NCBI GenBank assembly: GCA_963775465.1
Contig: CAVZIW010000006.1
Coordinates: forward strand, 96,001-160,000
Source of the DNA: Candidatus Bathyarchaeota archaeon
Lineage (GTDB): Archaea; Thermoproteota; Bathyarchaeia; Bathyarchaeales; Bathycorpusculaceae
DNA length: 64,000 nt
Reading direction: 5' to 3'
Shown piece by piece: positions 19,933 through 30,045 of the stretch. Positions within the stretch are counted from its first letter, which is position 1, and each line of letters starts with the position of its first letter. The notes beneath the pieces were generated by a model. It saw only the letters and a program-made list of their open reading frames with translations, searched no databases and was not told where the DNA came from. The position numbers were made by a program, and so were the translations under genes.

Positions 19933-20913
19933 ATGAAAAAAACCCTACTCACATTCATTGGCATTCTTACATTATGTTGCTTAATCCTTACTATGGTTCC
20001 AGAAGCCAAAAGCCAAACTCAAAGCGTCAAAGTGGTGAGTTACTCTTACTATATCGATTCTATTGGTTACCTAGTTGTGGTAGGTGAGGTTCAAAATCAA
20101 GGTCCTAACATTATATCTAGTGTTACAGTCACTGGAGTTGTTACTTCATCAGATGGATCCGAAGCAAGCTCCTATGCTCAGGTCTGGGGACAAAATCTGT
20201 TGCCTCAACAGAAAGCCCCATTTTATATGGAATTTGCATCGCAAAGCAGTAGCGGCGGAGCTTGGAACAACGATATTTCAGACGTTACGCTAAACGTCTT
20301 CGAAGCTGATCCTACTGCAAACTACCAGTATCCAGATCTGGCTATTTCAAACCAGCAATCTTACATTGGCACTAATAAAGTTGGTCAACTAGCTGACTAT
20401 GGTGTTTTCTGGGTAACAGGCAACATCCAAAACACCGGCACTCAAACTGCTCAAAACGTTACTGTAATTGCGACATTCTACAACTCCACTAATCAAGTGG
20501 TTGCAGTGGGGTATTCAGACAAGACAACCGTGAACCCTTACTCCATTGAGCCCCAACAAAGCAGCACCTTCAAGCTCGGTGCCTTTGACCTTAACCAATC
20601 AATCGTTCCAACAGACAAAAAAATCGAGACTTACTCTTTGCTTCTCCAAGTTCAAGGTCCAATTCTGCAGGGCACTGCCCCCATCCCAGTCGAGACACCA
20701 ACTCCACCTCCCGTATCATCAACAACTCCCGTACCAGGTGGCAGTACAGGTGACGACTCAACTGGAGCCCCAATTCCAACAACAGTCTACATCATAGTAA
20801 TCGTGGCTATTGTCATCGTGGTTGTTGCTGGTTTATTGCTCCTAAGAAAGCCCAATAAACTCAAACAGACAAACAACCAAAACAAAAACAAACCCAAGAA
20901 AACCAAAAAATAG
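19933..20913 (+). CDS. Surface protein with two FxLYD-like Ig domains and TM anchor
   Basis: Signal peptide, VVGEVQN and VTGNIQN..ATFYN repeats, Pro/Thr linker, TM plus Lys-rich tail. Confidence 0.8.
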   Translation: MKKTLLTFIGILTLCCLILTMVPEAKSQTQSVKVVSYSYYIDSIGYLVVVGEVQNQGPNIISSVTVTGVVTSSDGSEASSYAQVWGQNLLPQQKAPFYMEFASQSSSGGAWNNDISDVTLNVFEADPTANYQYPDLAISNQQSYIGTNKVGQLADYGVFWVTGNIQNTGTQTAQNVTVIATFYNSTNQVVAVGYSDKTTVNPYSIEPQQSSTFKLGAFDLNQSIVPTDKKIETYSLLLQVQGPILQGTAPIPVETPTPPPVSSTTPVPGGSTGDDSTGAPIPTTVYIIVIVAIVIVVVAGLLLLRKPNKLKQTNNQNKNKPKKTKK

Positions 20914-21008
20914 TTCAAAGGTCAATCAATTCATTTTTGAGTTAAAGGCGATTCAGCCTTTAGCGAAGATGCTATCGTTTAAATATTTCCTCTTTGCAAT
21001 GGTTGGTT

Positions 21009-21863
21009 ATGAGCTTTAAATCCCAATCCCCTTCACGACGCAGCCGGCAATTTTCCAAAACGACTCACGAAAAGAAATCAAAAGAAAAGAAGAAGCGTTC
21101 AGGTCCCAAGTATCTTATGGAAGAGATAACTGAGGTAACGCATCAAAAGGTAGCTGAAAGGGCACTCAATGGTATAAGTAAGCTCGGAACCCAAATTTTT
21201 GCGCTTTCGCCATTTAGTCAGTATTTTGATGATTGGTTAGTTAGCCTAAGGCAAGTGGTTTTAGAATTTGAATCCAACCCTGTCATGAAGGTTGATGAAC
21301 AATTCCAAAAAGAACGTATGCAAGCCTTCCTAGACATTGAAGCTGCACTTGCAGAAAGTCGTCTTCAAGAATCAAACTTAACCGCTGAAGAAAAGGCTTT
21401 GGCAGAGAACAATCACCTCATCGTTGAAGCTGATCAACAATACGCTGAAAAAACAAGAGAAAACAGCAACAAACGAAACACTGAAGTGCAACGGTTAAGC
21501 AACAAAATTCGTCAACTCGAAGACGATCTCTCAGTCCAACAGGAAATCAAAATTGGCTTCTTCAAATTCAACGAAAAAAAACGTGCCCAACAAAAATTAA
21601 ACCAGCTTACCAATGACTTATCCTCTTCAAGGAGCGAATTGGAAGTCACTTTAGCAAGTTTCACGGCTGAGCAAGAAAAACTTCACGATTCCTATCAAAA
21701 ACGCAAACAGGAGCTAAGCGAAAACAGTGATCGCCTCCATAAAGAACTTGAAAAACTGGAAAATGATACGTCGATTGAAGCAAGACAAACCGTCTGCAAT
21801 ACATTAGCTAATGCCGTTAAAACTTTATTGCAGCGTACACCCGCAAATCAATCCAGCGAATAA
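21009..21863 (+). CDS. Coiled-coil hypothetical protein
   Basis: Basic N-terminus and long heptad-rich helical region. Confidence 0.7.
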   Translation: MSFKSQSPSRRSRQFSKTTHEKKSKEKKKRSGPKYLMEEITEVTHQKVAERALNGISKLGTQIFALSPFSQYFDDWLVSLRQVVLEFESNPVMKVDEQFQKERMQAFLDIEAALAESRLQESNLTAEEKALAENNHLIVEADQQYAEKTRENSNKRNTEVQRLSNKIRQLEDDLSVQQEIKIGFFKFNEKKRAQQKLNQLTNDLSSSRSELEVTLASFTAEQEKLHDSYQKRKQELSENSDRLHKELEKLENDTSIEARQTVCNTLANAVKTLLQRTPANQSSE

Positions 21864-22024
21864 CAAAACCATCTCAATCTCTATTGGTTTGATTTATCGA
21901 AGAGTCAACTGCCGCTATAATTTCGTAAAAAGAAAACTGGCTAAAACATTTGATAGATGCAGTTTTATATAAGAAATTGCAGATTAAAGATGATAATTTA
22001 TTTGTACTATTGGATTGTGTCTAA

Positions 22025-23374
22025 ATGAGAAAGACCATATTCAAAAAACTTGAAGCACAGGGTCTTATTGCAAATTATAATCGTTTACGAAAGAACCTGC
22101 CGTCCAAGTTGCCTGACCGCGTATTCATCTGGGATGAAACCTTCCGCGAAGGCATAAAGGCGCCAACTGTTTACTTGACATACGTAGAACAGGTTCGTCT
22201 GGCAAAATTAATGGATGAATCTGGAGTATCCATAATAAACGTCGGGTTTCCCGCCCTCTCAGACGAAGAAAGACGTACTGTAAAACGTATAGTAAACGAA
22301 AGCTTGACCTACTCAAAACTCACCGCATCAGCGGAGCCAACAAAGAAAAGTGTAAACGCATGTTTGGAATGCGGAATCAAAGACATAACTATCGAATCAC
22401 CCATAAATGGCTTAAACTTACAGTTCAAGTTAAAGTTAACTAAAGAGCAAGCTTTGCAAAGAATAGTTGAAAGCGTTGACTATGCCAAAAAACATGGAAC
22501 AATCGTGAACTTTGTTCTAATGGACGGAACACGAACTCCGCTTGAAGATATAATTGAAGTCCTCGAAGCAGCCGCAGCTGCAGGGGCAAGCCGTCTAGGC
22601 ATCGCTGACAGCGTTGGCTTCATGAGACCCCTGTCCATGCGTTACTTAATGTCACACATTCGAGAAGGTTTGTCTGAAACTGTTCGAAAGAACGTTCCAC
22701 TTTCAATCCATTGTCACAACGACTTCGGATTAGCTTCAGCTAACACTTTAGCCGCCATGGAAGAAGGCGTACCTTACCTCCATACTTGCATAGCAGGTTT
22801 TGGAGAACGTGCTGGCATCGCACCATTCGAAGAAGTGGTTACAGCAGCCGAACTACTATATAACATCGACACAGGCATCGACCTCGGCAAAATCTACCGT
22901 ATCGCCCAAACAACCGAAAAAGCCTTTGCCCTGCCAATTCAATTCCACAAACCTATCATCGGCGAAAACATCTTTACCCATGAGGTTGAAGAAGAAGTCG
23001 GAGAAATGCTCTCTCAACCACTAGTTTTTGAGCCTTTCCCGCCTGAAATCGTGGGCAGAGAAACAATGATTTTCATTGGTCGAAACACAGGTCAAACACT
23101 AATCCAAAAGCTCCTTGAGAACGCAGGTATCCGTGCATCGCCTAGACAGATGGATGAACTCTTCAGACGAATCAAGGGTCCACAGGAAAGCCTTGACAAA
23201 GGCGAAGCCCAAATGACCTATTATCAAGTTAAAAAACTTATGAAAGAGCTCCTAAAAGGCTTCACCATGGAAGAATTCTGGCGTCTAGTAGAACAAGTAA
23301 CAAGGCAAAAGCCAAAGCTGCAAAAAACAAGCAAGAGACAGCCTGGACAAACCGCTGATCAGCTCCTAAGTTAG
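22025..23374 (+). CDS. Divergent DRE-TIM (isopropylmalate/homocitrate synthase family) protein
   Basis: DETFREG, IADSVG, HCHNDFGLA, GFGERAG, HKPIIGENIFTHE; active-site motifs altered. Confidence 0.8.
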   Translation: MRKTIFKKLEAQGLIANYNRLRKNLPSKLPDRVFIWDETFREGIKAPTVYLTYVEQVRLAKLMDESGVSIINVGFPALSDEERRTVKRIVNESLTYSKLTASAEPTKKSVNACLECGIKDITIESPINGLNLQFKLKLTKEQALQRIVESVDYAKKHGTIVNFVLMDGTRTPLEDIIEVLEAAAAAGASRLGIADSVGFMRPLSMRYLMSHIREGLSETVRKNVPLSIHCHNDFGLASANTLAAMEEGVPYLHTCIAGFGERAGIAPFEEVVTAAELLYNIDTGIDLGKIYRIAQTTEKAFALPIQFHKPIIGENIFTHEVEEEVGEMLSQPLVFEPFPPEIVGRETMIFIGRNTGQTLIQKLLENAGIRASPRQMDELFRRIKGPQESLDKGEAQMTYYQVKKLMKELLKGFTMEEFWRLVEQVTRQKPKLQKTSKRQPGQTADQLLS

Positions 23375-24367
23375 TTCACGTTTTATTTTCTCTATTTCTT
23401 TTTTTGTTGGTTTTCTTGGATAATTGTAGAGGGGTCCGCTTGGTTTTTCATTGTAGAAAGGACGGTTGCAGTCAGTGCATCCGGAAGTACGAAAAGGCAA
23501 TCCACTATCAATTACCTTGGTCAACTCCTCATTACTGAGTCCGTAACCCGTGATGCCACCTTTTCTGCTAAAATGCATATTTTCAACTCTTATTGTACCG
23601 CTGACGATTAAATAGCGGGCAATTTGGATTCGCCTATAAGATACAAGTTCTGGAGGCAATTTGTTCTCTAGTGCTGTGCCTCGGACGGGAGTGAATGCGA
23701 AAAGAGCAGGCAAGACACCCATGTCAACACATCTCTGAATTATCTCAATTGCTTGCTTTTCAGTCTCGCCTAAACCTACAATTATGTGAGTGCTTACATT
23801 TCCTTCTCCAAAAACATCTAATGCTTGCGTTAGGTGGATGAACTGGTCTTTCCAACTGTACATTCCACCGGCTTTTTTCCCTTTAATGTTGTTGAATAGC
23901 ATTTCAGTTGAGGCATCCAAAGCTATGCCTAACCTGTTGACGCCTGCATTTGCTAAACGCACAATATTCTCTCGGTTTAGAGGCTGACAGGAAACTGAAA
24001 CAGGAATTTGTGCGACTTTTTTTATTTCTCTAACTAAAACTTCGATATGAGCAAAGACTTCCGGGTAGTTTAGGGCTTGGATGCAGACCCGTTTCACTCT
24101 TTCTTTTTTTGAGGCTGTTGAGAGTGCATTTAGGGTTCTTAGGGTGGAAAAGGTTGGCCAGGTGACTCGGGATAACATTTCGGTACTGCTCTTACTATTT
24201 CGAGCTTGGGGGCAGAATCCACAGTTTGCTAAGCATTTACCCCTTTTATACGTCATAACGTAAGCGGTTGTGGGTTTAGCGTCTAGTTTGCCTTTCAAGA
24301 GCTCAAGGACTATAGCGGTGCCTAAGGAAACACGAATGTGCTCAGGCAAACCAGAGGGTTCGGTCAT
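23366..24367 (-). CDS. Radical SAM protein, LipS2-type lipoyl synthase subunit
   Basis: CLANCGFC cluster motif and C-terminal TSGCTDCNRP, matching the LipS2 TxGCPxC(N/D)RP motif apart from one residue; start uncertain. Confidence 0.75.
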   Translation of the reverse strand: MTEPSGLPEHIRVSLGTAIVLELLKGKLDAKPTTAYVMTYKRGKCLANCGFCPQARNSKSSTEMLSRVTWPTFSTLRTLNALSTASKKERVKRVCIQALNYPEVFAHIEVLVREIKKVAQIPVSVSCQPLNRENIVRLANAGVNRLGIALDASTEMLFNNIKGKKAGGMYSWKDQFIHLTQALDVFGEGNVSTHIIVGLGETEKQAIEIIQRCVDMGVLPALFAFTPVRGTALENKLPPELVSYRRIQIARYLIVSGTIRVENMHFSRKGGITGYGLSNEELTKVIDSGLPFRTSGCTDCNRPFYNEKPSGPLYNYPRKPTKKEIEKIKRELT

Positions 24368-24405
24368 TGCGACACCCAGAATACTTGAAAAGTAATGGCT
24401 GAACA

Positions 24406-24918
24406 TTATATTAGTTTAGTTTTCTTTCTAGTCAAGCTAATTATTCGACTTACCAATGAAACCAAGAAGAACCCTATATACGCAAACTGCACAAAATTAA
24501 ATGAAGTCTGAACAGGAAAAATCAATGTTAAAACTACGCCGATGTAAAGAGAACTCCCTTGGTATCTGCCAACGGGGTCATAGAGTTTTTTCGTATAACG
24601 ACTGGTTACCGCGAACTGGACAAATGATGCAGCAATAATAAGCAGAAACCAAACAGGATAAAATCCAACCCAATAGAAACCTGTGAAAATACCCATCATA
24701 AGAACAAAATCCATTGTAGCATCATAGAATGCTCCAAATCGTGAGCTTACTTTCAATTTCCTTGCCAAACTGCCATCTAAATAGTCCGTAACAGCGCAAA
24801 AAATCAACAGAATTAAACAGCCAACAATGTTTTCTTGGACAAAAAGATAAATGAATAACGGTAGAACTGCAACTCGAACCGAACTGATTAAGGCGGGAAT
24901 AACGAACAATTTTTTCAT
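24406..24918 (-). CDS. CDP-alcohol phosphatidyltransferase family protein
   Basis: DYLDGSLAR..GAFYDATMD signature. Confidence 0.9.
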   Translation of the reverse strand: MKKLFVIPALISSVRVAVLPLFIYLFVQENIVGCLILLIFCAVTDYLDGSLARKLKVSSRFGAFYDATMDFVLMMGIFTGFYWVGFYPVWFLLIIAASFVQFAVTSRYTKKLYDPVGRYQGSSLYIGVVLTLIFPVQTSFNFVQFAYIGFFLVSLVSRIISLTRKKTKLI

Positions 24919-25163
24919 ATTTGCACTCTTTTGTTTGTATTCACATTAATGAATCTACTTCGCTCTCAATGACTACTTATTGTCTAATGCTTTTGATTTT
25001 ATAAGTGATAGTCATTAGGGTTGTTGGTTCTGAATGCTTTAAAGATCTTCTTTCTCGACGTTTTAAGTTGAGTTAAACTGTTGTTTTGCAAAACTTTATT
25101 ATTCGACTGTGAAAATTTACACTCGGTTGAAGAAAGGTGCATATGACCTTCTAACATGTCAGG

Positions 25164-25823
25164 TTGGTTTGGTTGACGAAATTAGCCGAATTAGGTTTCT
25201 CGAAAGGAATAATTTTCGAGACCATAGTCTCAACCTATAACCTTGATGGTTCACCCAACGCAGCACCAATGGGCGTCACCATGCAAAACCAAGAAATTCT
25301 CGCTATCGACATTTATGATTCCTCACAAACCAGCCGTAATTTAAAGACAAACAGATCTGCCGTTATAAACCTGACAATCGCTATAGAATTATTCTACAAA
25401 ACTGCCTTCAAAGAAACTAATCTAAAGGGAAAACTACCGCTGGACCTGTTCCAGCGAGCAGCTAGGGTAAACGCTCCCAAACTACTTTTAGCAGATGCCA
25501 CAATTGATGTTTCCGTAGTCAACATGGATCCAGTCGGAGAGGAAAAAACCCGATTCTTCTGTAAGGTCGAAGGGATAAATGCTGATGTGAAGTACCCACA
25601 AGTTTACTGCCGCGCTATGCCAGCAACTCTTGAAGCAATAGTCCATGCAACCCGCATAAAAGTGTACGCAAATGATGAAAAGAAAAAAGAGCAAGTAAAC
25701 CATCTTCTCCAAACAATCAATAATTGCAGCGACGTAGTAAACCGCACAGCACCAAACTCAACATGCTCGGCAGTTATTGCAGATTTAATGAAAAGAATCG
25801 ATTCATGGAGGAAAAAATCGTGA
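25164..25823 (+). CDS. DUF447 family protein
   Basis: ETIVST..PNAAPMG..SQT..NL and EAIVHATR motifs; methanopterin gene context. Confidence 0.8.
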   Translation: MVWLTKLAELGFSKGIIFETIVSTYNLDGSPNAAPMGVTMQNQEILAIDIYDSSQTSRNLKTNRSAVINLTIAIELFYKTAFKETNLKGKLPLDLFQRAARVNAPKLLLADATIDVSVVNMDPVGEEKTRFFCKVEGINADVKYPQVYCRAMPATLEAIVHATRIKVYANDEKKKEQVNHLLQTINNCSDVVNRTAPNSTCSAVIADLMKRIDSWRKKS

Positions 25824-26782
25824 AGGTACAAGTTAAAACCCCCGCCCGACTCCACTTTGGACTTATAGATATGAACGGTGATTTGGGGCGTTTGTTCGGG
25901 GGCTTGGGCGTTGGCATCAACCGTCCCAACGTTATCGTGGAAGTTGAGCACTCAGAAGACTTCTCGATCAAGGGCGTCGAAGTTGAACTTGCAAACTCCA
26001 TAGCTCAAATTTTTTTTTCTAATTATCAGCTGCAGCCAAAAGCAAGCATTAACGTTGTTCAGGTTATCCCCGCTCACATTGGGCTAGGATCAGGTACACA
26101 GTTATCTATAGCCATAGCAGTTGCTCTTGCAAGACTCTTTAACATAAAAGCTTCAGTTCCCGAGTTGGCCGTAGCTATGGGACGCGCCAAAAGAACAGCT
26201 GTCGGCACCTCAATCTTTCAAGTAGGCGGATTCGTTGTCGACGGAGGAAAAAACCAAAAAACACAGAATTTTCCGCCGCTAATTTACCGTCAACCCTTCC
26301 CCAAAGAATGGCGCTTTATAGTAGCCATACCAAACACTAAAGAAGGCTTATCCAACTCCGAGGAAAACTACGCCTTCCAAAAACTATCCCAAATGCACGC
26401 CGAAGATGTGGGTCAAATCTGCCGTTTAACCATGCTAAAGCTTCTTCCTGCTTTGGCTGAAAATGATATCACAAACTTTGGCGAGGCACTTACCAAAATT
26501 CAAGTCCTAACAGGTAACCATTTTGCCCAAGCTCAAGGAGGAACCTACTCTAGCTCGATTGCCGCGGACTGCATAGAGTTCATGAAGAATAATGGGGCTT
26601 ACGGAGTAGGGCAGAGTTCTTGGGGACCTGCACTTTATGGCGTGGTGAAACAAGAAGAAGCTAAACAAATGCTCTCAAAATTACGAGCTTACCTACACAA
26701 AGGTGCAGGCGGAAATGTATTCGTTGCTAAAGCTAACAATCGTGGAGCAACAATAAAAATTATAGATGGGGCAAAGGTTTGA
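25820..26782 (+). CDS. mptG: Beta-ribofuranosylaminobenzene 5'-phosphate (RFAP) synthase, GHMP family
   Basis: TPARLHFGLID, PAHIGLGSGTQ, GGFVVDGG, GQSSWGP; GTG start overlapping upstream stop. Confidence 0.85.
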   Translation: MKVQVKTPARLHFGLIDMNGDLGRLFGGLGVGINRPNVIVEVEHSEDFSIKGVEVELANSIAQIFFSNYQLQPKASINVVQVIPAHIGLGSGTQLSIAIAVALARLFNIKASVPELAVAMGRAKRTAVGTSIFQVGGFVVDGGKNQKTQNFPPLIYRQPFPKEWRFIVAIPNTKEGLSNSEENYAFQKLSQMHAEDVGQICRLTMLKLLPALAENDITNFGEALTKIQVLTGNHFAQAQGGTYSSSIAADCIEFMKNNGAYGVGQSSWGPALYGVVKQEEAKQMLSKLRAYLHKGAGGNVFVAKANNRGATIKIIDGAKV

Positions 26783-28341
26783 AGGTTCTCCTCGTAACAG
26801 GCGCATTAGCTGAGGACTCTGTTAAGCGATATGCCAAAGAAAGCAGCACCGAAACTCAAACGATCGCGCTAAAGATAGCGGTTGCCGCCTTCTTAACTCC
26901 TGAAACCATCATCAAAGCTCTCAAGAACATTAAACTGGTCGATTTTAACATGATTTTGGTTCCCGGCTTAACAAGAGGAGATACCCGTGCAATTTCCAAA
27001 ATTACCGGGGTTCCAACTTTTAAGGGTCCAAGGTACGCTGCTGACCTGCCAGAAGTTCTGGATTCTCTTTGCGCAATACAGCTTTCAACCATTGAGCCTG
27101 CAGACGATTTGATACGGAAAAAGCTCGCGGAAAAAGCCTCAAAAGAAATAGCCAAGACTGAGGCAAACCGCAACGAATTATTAAAAAAACCATCAAGCAT
27201 CTTAATCGGCAAATTAGCAGTTGGAAAAGACTTTCCCATGCGAGTCCTTGCCGAAATCGTCGATGCCGCCTGCATGGATAAAGAAACAATACAGCAGAAA
27301 GCCAAACAGTTTGTTCATTTTGGGGCAGACATCATTGATGTAGGAATGGTTGCTGGTGAATCCCAACCAGAAAAGGCAAGAAACATTGTTGAATGGGTTA
27401 AACAGGTTGTTAATGTTCCTGTAAGCATTGATACTCTCGATCCAAATGAAATAAAAGCAGCAATTGAGGCAGGTGCCGAACTTGTGCTTAGCGGAGATGC
27501 AGGAAATATCGACGAAATAGCTCCCTTCGTCAAAGACGTTGCAGTTGTCATTATTCCCACTAACCAACGCCAAGGATACTTTCCAAGAAAAGTAAAAGAA
27601 CGCGTAAAATACCTCGAAGAAACAATCGACAAAGCCAAAAAACTGAACATAACAAAATGCATCGCAGATTTGATTCTGGAACCAACCCACATTTTAGAAT
27701 CATTTATTGCTTTCAAAGAGTTTGCTCAAAGAAACCCCGATGTCCCTCTTTTTGTGGGAGTTTCAAATGTTACAGAGCTTATGGATGCGGACTCGGTAGG
27801 TGTTAATGCTTTACTTGCCCAGTTATCCCAAGAAGTGGAAGCCAGCATACTTTTAGCAACGGAGAAAAGCGACAAAGCAAAAGGCACTGTAGCAGAGTAT
27901 GTCACAGCTTCAAAAATGGTGTTCCTTGCTAAAAGGCGTGGCTCTGTTCCTAAAGACCTTGGTATTGACCTTCTAATCCTCAAAGACAAACGATTTCACG
28001 AGGAACCTTTTGATAAAAAACTAGAGGCTGATGTAAGAGTTATTGTAACCTCAGAAAATATTAAACCAGCCGAACTGGATTCTGCGGGCGTTTTCAAAAT
28101 ATTTACCGACCGCGCTGAAGAAGTTTTGGTAGCAGTTCACTACGATTCAGCCCAAATAGATAAGCCAAAAAACATTATCAAAGGAAAAACCGCAGAGAGT
28201 GTATACCTCAAAATCATGGAAATGGGGTTAATCTCAAAATTAAATCATGCCGCCTACTTGGGGAATGAACTAGCTAAAGCTGAAGTTGCCTTGAGAACGG
28301 GAAAGGAGTTTATTCAAGATCAAGGGCTATTTGAAAAATAA
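26779..28341 (+). CDS. Dihydropteroate synthase-like protein (methanopterin pathway) with DUF4346-like C-terminus
   Basis: LLVTGALA N-domain, GADIIDVG, VSIDT, NVTELMDADSVG, HAAYLGNELAKAE..FIQD. Confidence 0.85.
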   Translation: MKVLLVTGALAEDSVKRYAKESSTETQTIALKIAVAAFLTPETIIKALKNIKLVDFNMILVPGLTRGDTRAISKITGVPTFKGPRYAADLPEVLDSLCAIQLSTIEPADDLIRKKLAEKASKEIAKTEANRNELLKKPSSILIGKLAVGKDFPMRVLAEIVDAACMDKETIQQKAKQFVHFGADIIDVGMVAGESQPEKARNIVEWVKQVVNVPVSIDTLDPNEIKAAIEAGAELVLSGDAGNIDEIAPFVKDVAVVIIPTNQRQGYFPRKVKERVKYLEETIDKAKKLNITKCIADLILEPTHILESFIAFKEFAQRNPDVPLFVGVSNVTELMDADSVGVNALLAQLSQEVEASILLATEKSDKAKGTVAEYVTASKMVFLAKRRGSVPKDLGIDLLILKDKRFHEEPFDKKLEADVRVIVTSENIKPAELDSAGVFKIFTDRAEEVLVAVHYDSAQIDKPKNIIKGKTAESVYLKIMEMGLISKLNHAAYLGNELAKAEVALRTGKEFIQDQGLFEK

Positions 28342-28342
28342 T

Positions 28343-29131
28343 TCATTTTGTAGGACTATGTTCTGGCGTTTCTGAAATAATGTTCCTGGGATTTAATGCC
28401 GGGGTTCTGTTTAGCAATAGAATTAATGGGGTTCCGACGAGAGTTGCGGCGATTATTAAGATTAGTCTTTCAACGGGATAGACGAGGAACACTCCCGTCC
28501 AGATTCCAGCGTATGCGTCGGCAGGAATAGAATTTGTTAATTGACCAAGTACAGTTTCAAACAGGATGTTTCCCGTTAGATGTTGGATCATTGCGCCAAT
28601 AAAAGCAAAGATTGCAACCCCGGCGACTACTCTTCTATAGTCTAATGTACGAAGCCATTTTGCCGCCTTCAAACTTAAAGGAGATAGCAGCACCACGAAT
28701 GCTACTATATGCAACCAAGTGAAAGGAACCCAGGAGATAAATATTGTAGTTAATGGGTTTACAAGAAAGATGGCTAGCAGCGCCACATTAATTGCTACCA
28801 CTATTGCCCATTTCGAGCGTTTATTCTGATAGAGGAATCCTGTTGAAATTGTTGCCATGAAATCCGGTAGGAAATCAAAACCATAAAATGTCATAGGTCT
28901 TCCCAATCCTATTGCTCCAAAGTTGCCGAGGAGTACAGTAAGTCCTCCGAAGTAGGGTCCGAGCAAGATCCCTATTATTGGTGCGAGGAAATCAGAGAGG
29001 GAGAGAAACCCTCCTGTTGGTCCGATAAGCATGCTAAAGGGGATGAAGCGAAGGACTATGTAAAGTGCTGTGAAGATTGTCAATAGAGCGATTTGTTTGG
29101 TTCTTTGGCTTCTTTGACGCGGGTTGAACAT
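28343..29131 (-). CDS. ECF transporter S-component-like membrane protein
   Basis: TKQIALLTIFTALY first helix and GILLGPYFGG motif; 6-7 TM helices. Confidence 0.7.
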   Translation of the reverse strand: MFNPRQRSQRTKQIALLTIFTALYIVLRFIPFSMLIGPTGGFLSLSDFLAPIIGILLGPYFGGLTVLLGNFGAIGLGRPMTFYGFDFLPDFMATISTGFLYQNKRSKWAIVVAINVALLAIFLVNPLTTIFISWVPFTWLHIVAFVVLLSPLSLKAAKWLRTLDYRRVVAGVAIFAFIGAMIQHLTGNILFETVLGQLTNSIPADAYAGIWTGVFLVYPVERLILIIAATLVGTPLILLLNRTPALNPRNIISETPEHSPTK

Positions 29132-29823
29132 AACAGCTTACCTTGGAATATTTTGCATTGCTATGTAATTTTTTACACAGTTATTAAAACTTTCCGAACC
29201 CTCACCAATCTGGCTCTTAAACTATTCTCAACAAAGAGATTAAATGATTTAATCACTAAAAACACCTGCTTAACCCATTCACTGAGTCTTGACCAATTTT
29301 AATGTAGATCCAATCGGAGTATATGTTATGCCACTAAGGCAATACACTGGCTTGCCAAATTTGAAGCTGTCGACTTCAAAATATTAATCATAGAAACAAG
29401 AAATGTTTTCCCATGTCGGTGATGATGCTGTTGCAGAAACGGGTGACTTTGAAGAGAAAAACGCCAGCATAATAATCATGGGTACAATAGCGCAACGTAT
29501 TCGCTTTATAAGAAAACTTCGAAGGCAACCTTTTGGTGATTGCCAAAAATAGGTGCTATCTTTGAAAATTTGCTGTTCAAAGGTTTAAATGTTGGTCTAA
29601 TGTCCGTTTGGTGGTTAAATTGTGTTTTTCGAATTTGACATATAAATGTTAAAAATGAACAGCCTTACAAACATCAAGAAAAAGCCTAATTCAGATCCAT
29701 AATTCGGGGCTTTTTTAGTTATAGCGCATATTTTTGGTCTTTTTAATAGTCCGAGCATAAAGATCAGGCTTTAGCAAATTTTAAATACAAATCACAGTCA
29801 ATTAAAGAATTGAGGTTACTAAA

Positions 29824-29874
29824 ATGGCTAAAGCAACTAAAAAGGCAGTAAAAAAGACTAAAAAGAAGAAATAA
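29824..29874 (+). CDS. 16-aa Lys-rich micro-ORF MAKATKKAVKKTKKKK
   Basis: TTTTAAA box near 29779, GAGGT RBS at 29812, then hairpin AGCC-GTTT-GGCT and T-tracts after the stop. Confidence 0.55.
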   Translation: MAKATKKAVKKTKKKK

Positions 29875-30045
29875 AGCGCATTAGCCGTTTGGCTATGCCC
29901 TCTTTTTCTTTTTTCAAACAAAAATAAATATTGTCCATTTTCATTGAATTTAACATAAATGTGTTAGATTTGCTTTTTCAAGTCAGTTTGGTTAAAAGAA
30001 GCTTTATCTACTAAAAACCTTAACCTACATTATAGAGGAATTTGT

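Noticed and set aside
29290-29515. Minus-strand signal-peptide-like fragment (..IVPMIIMLAFFSS..ASSPTW)
   Set aside because: Possibly a decayed secreted-protein gene, but too short and interrupted to call
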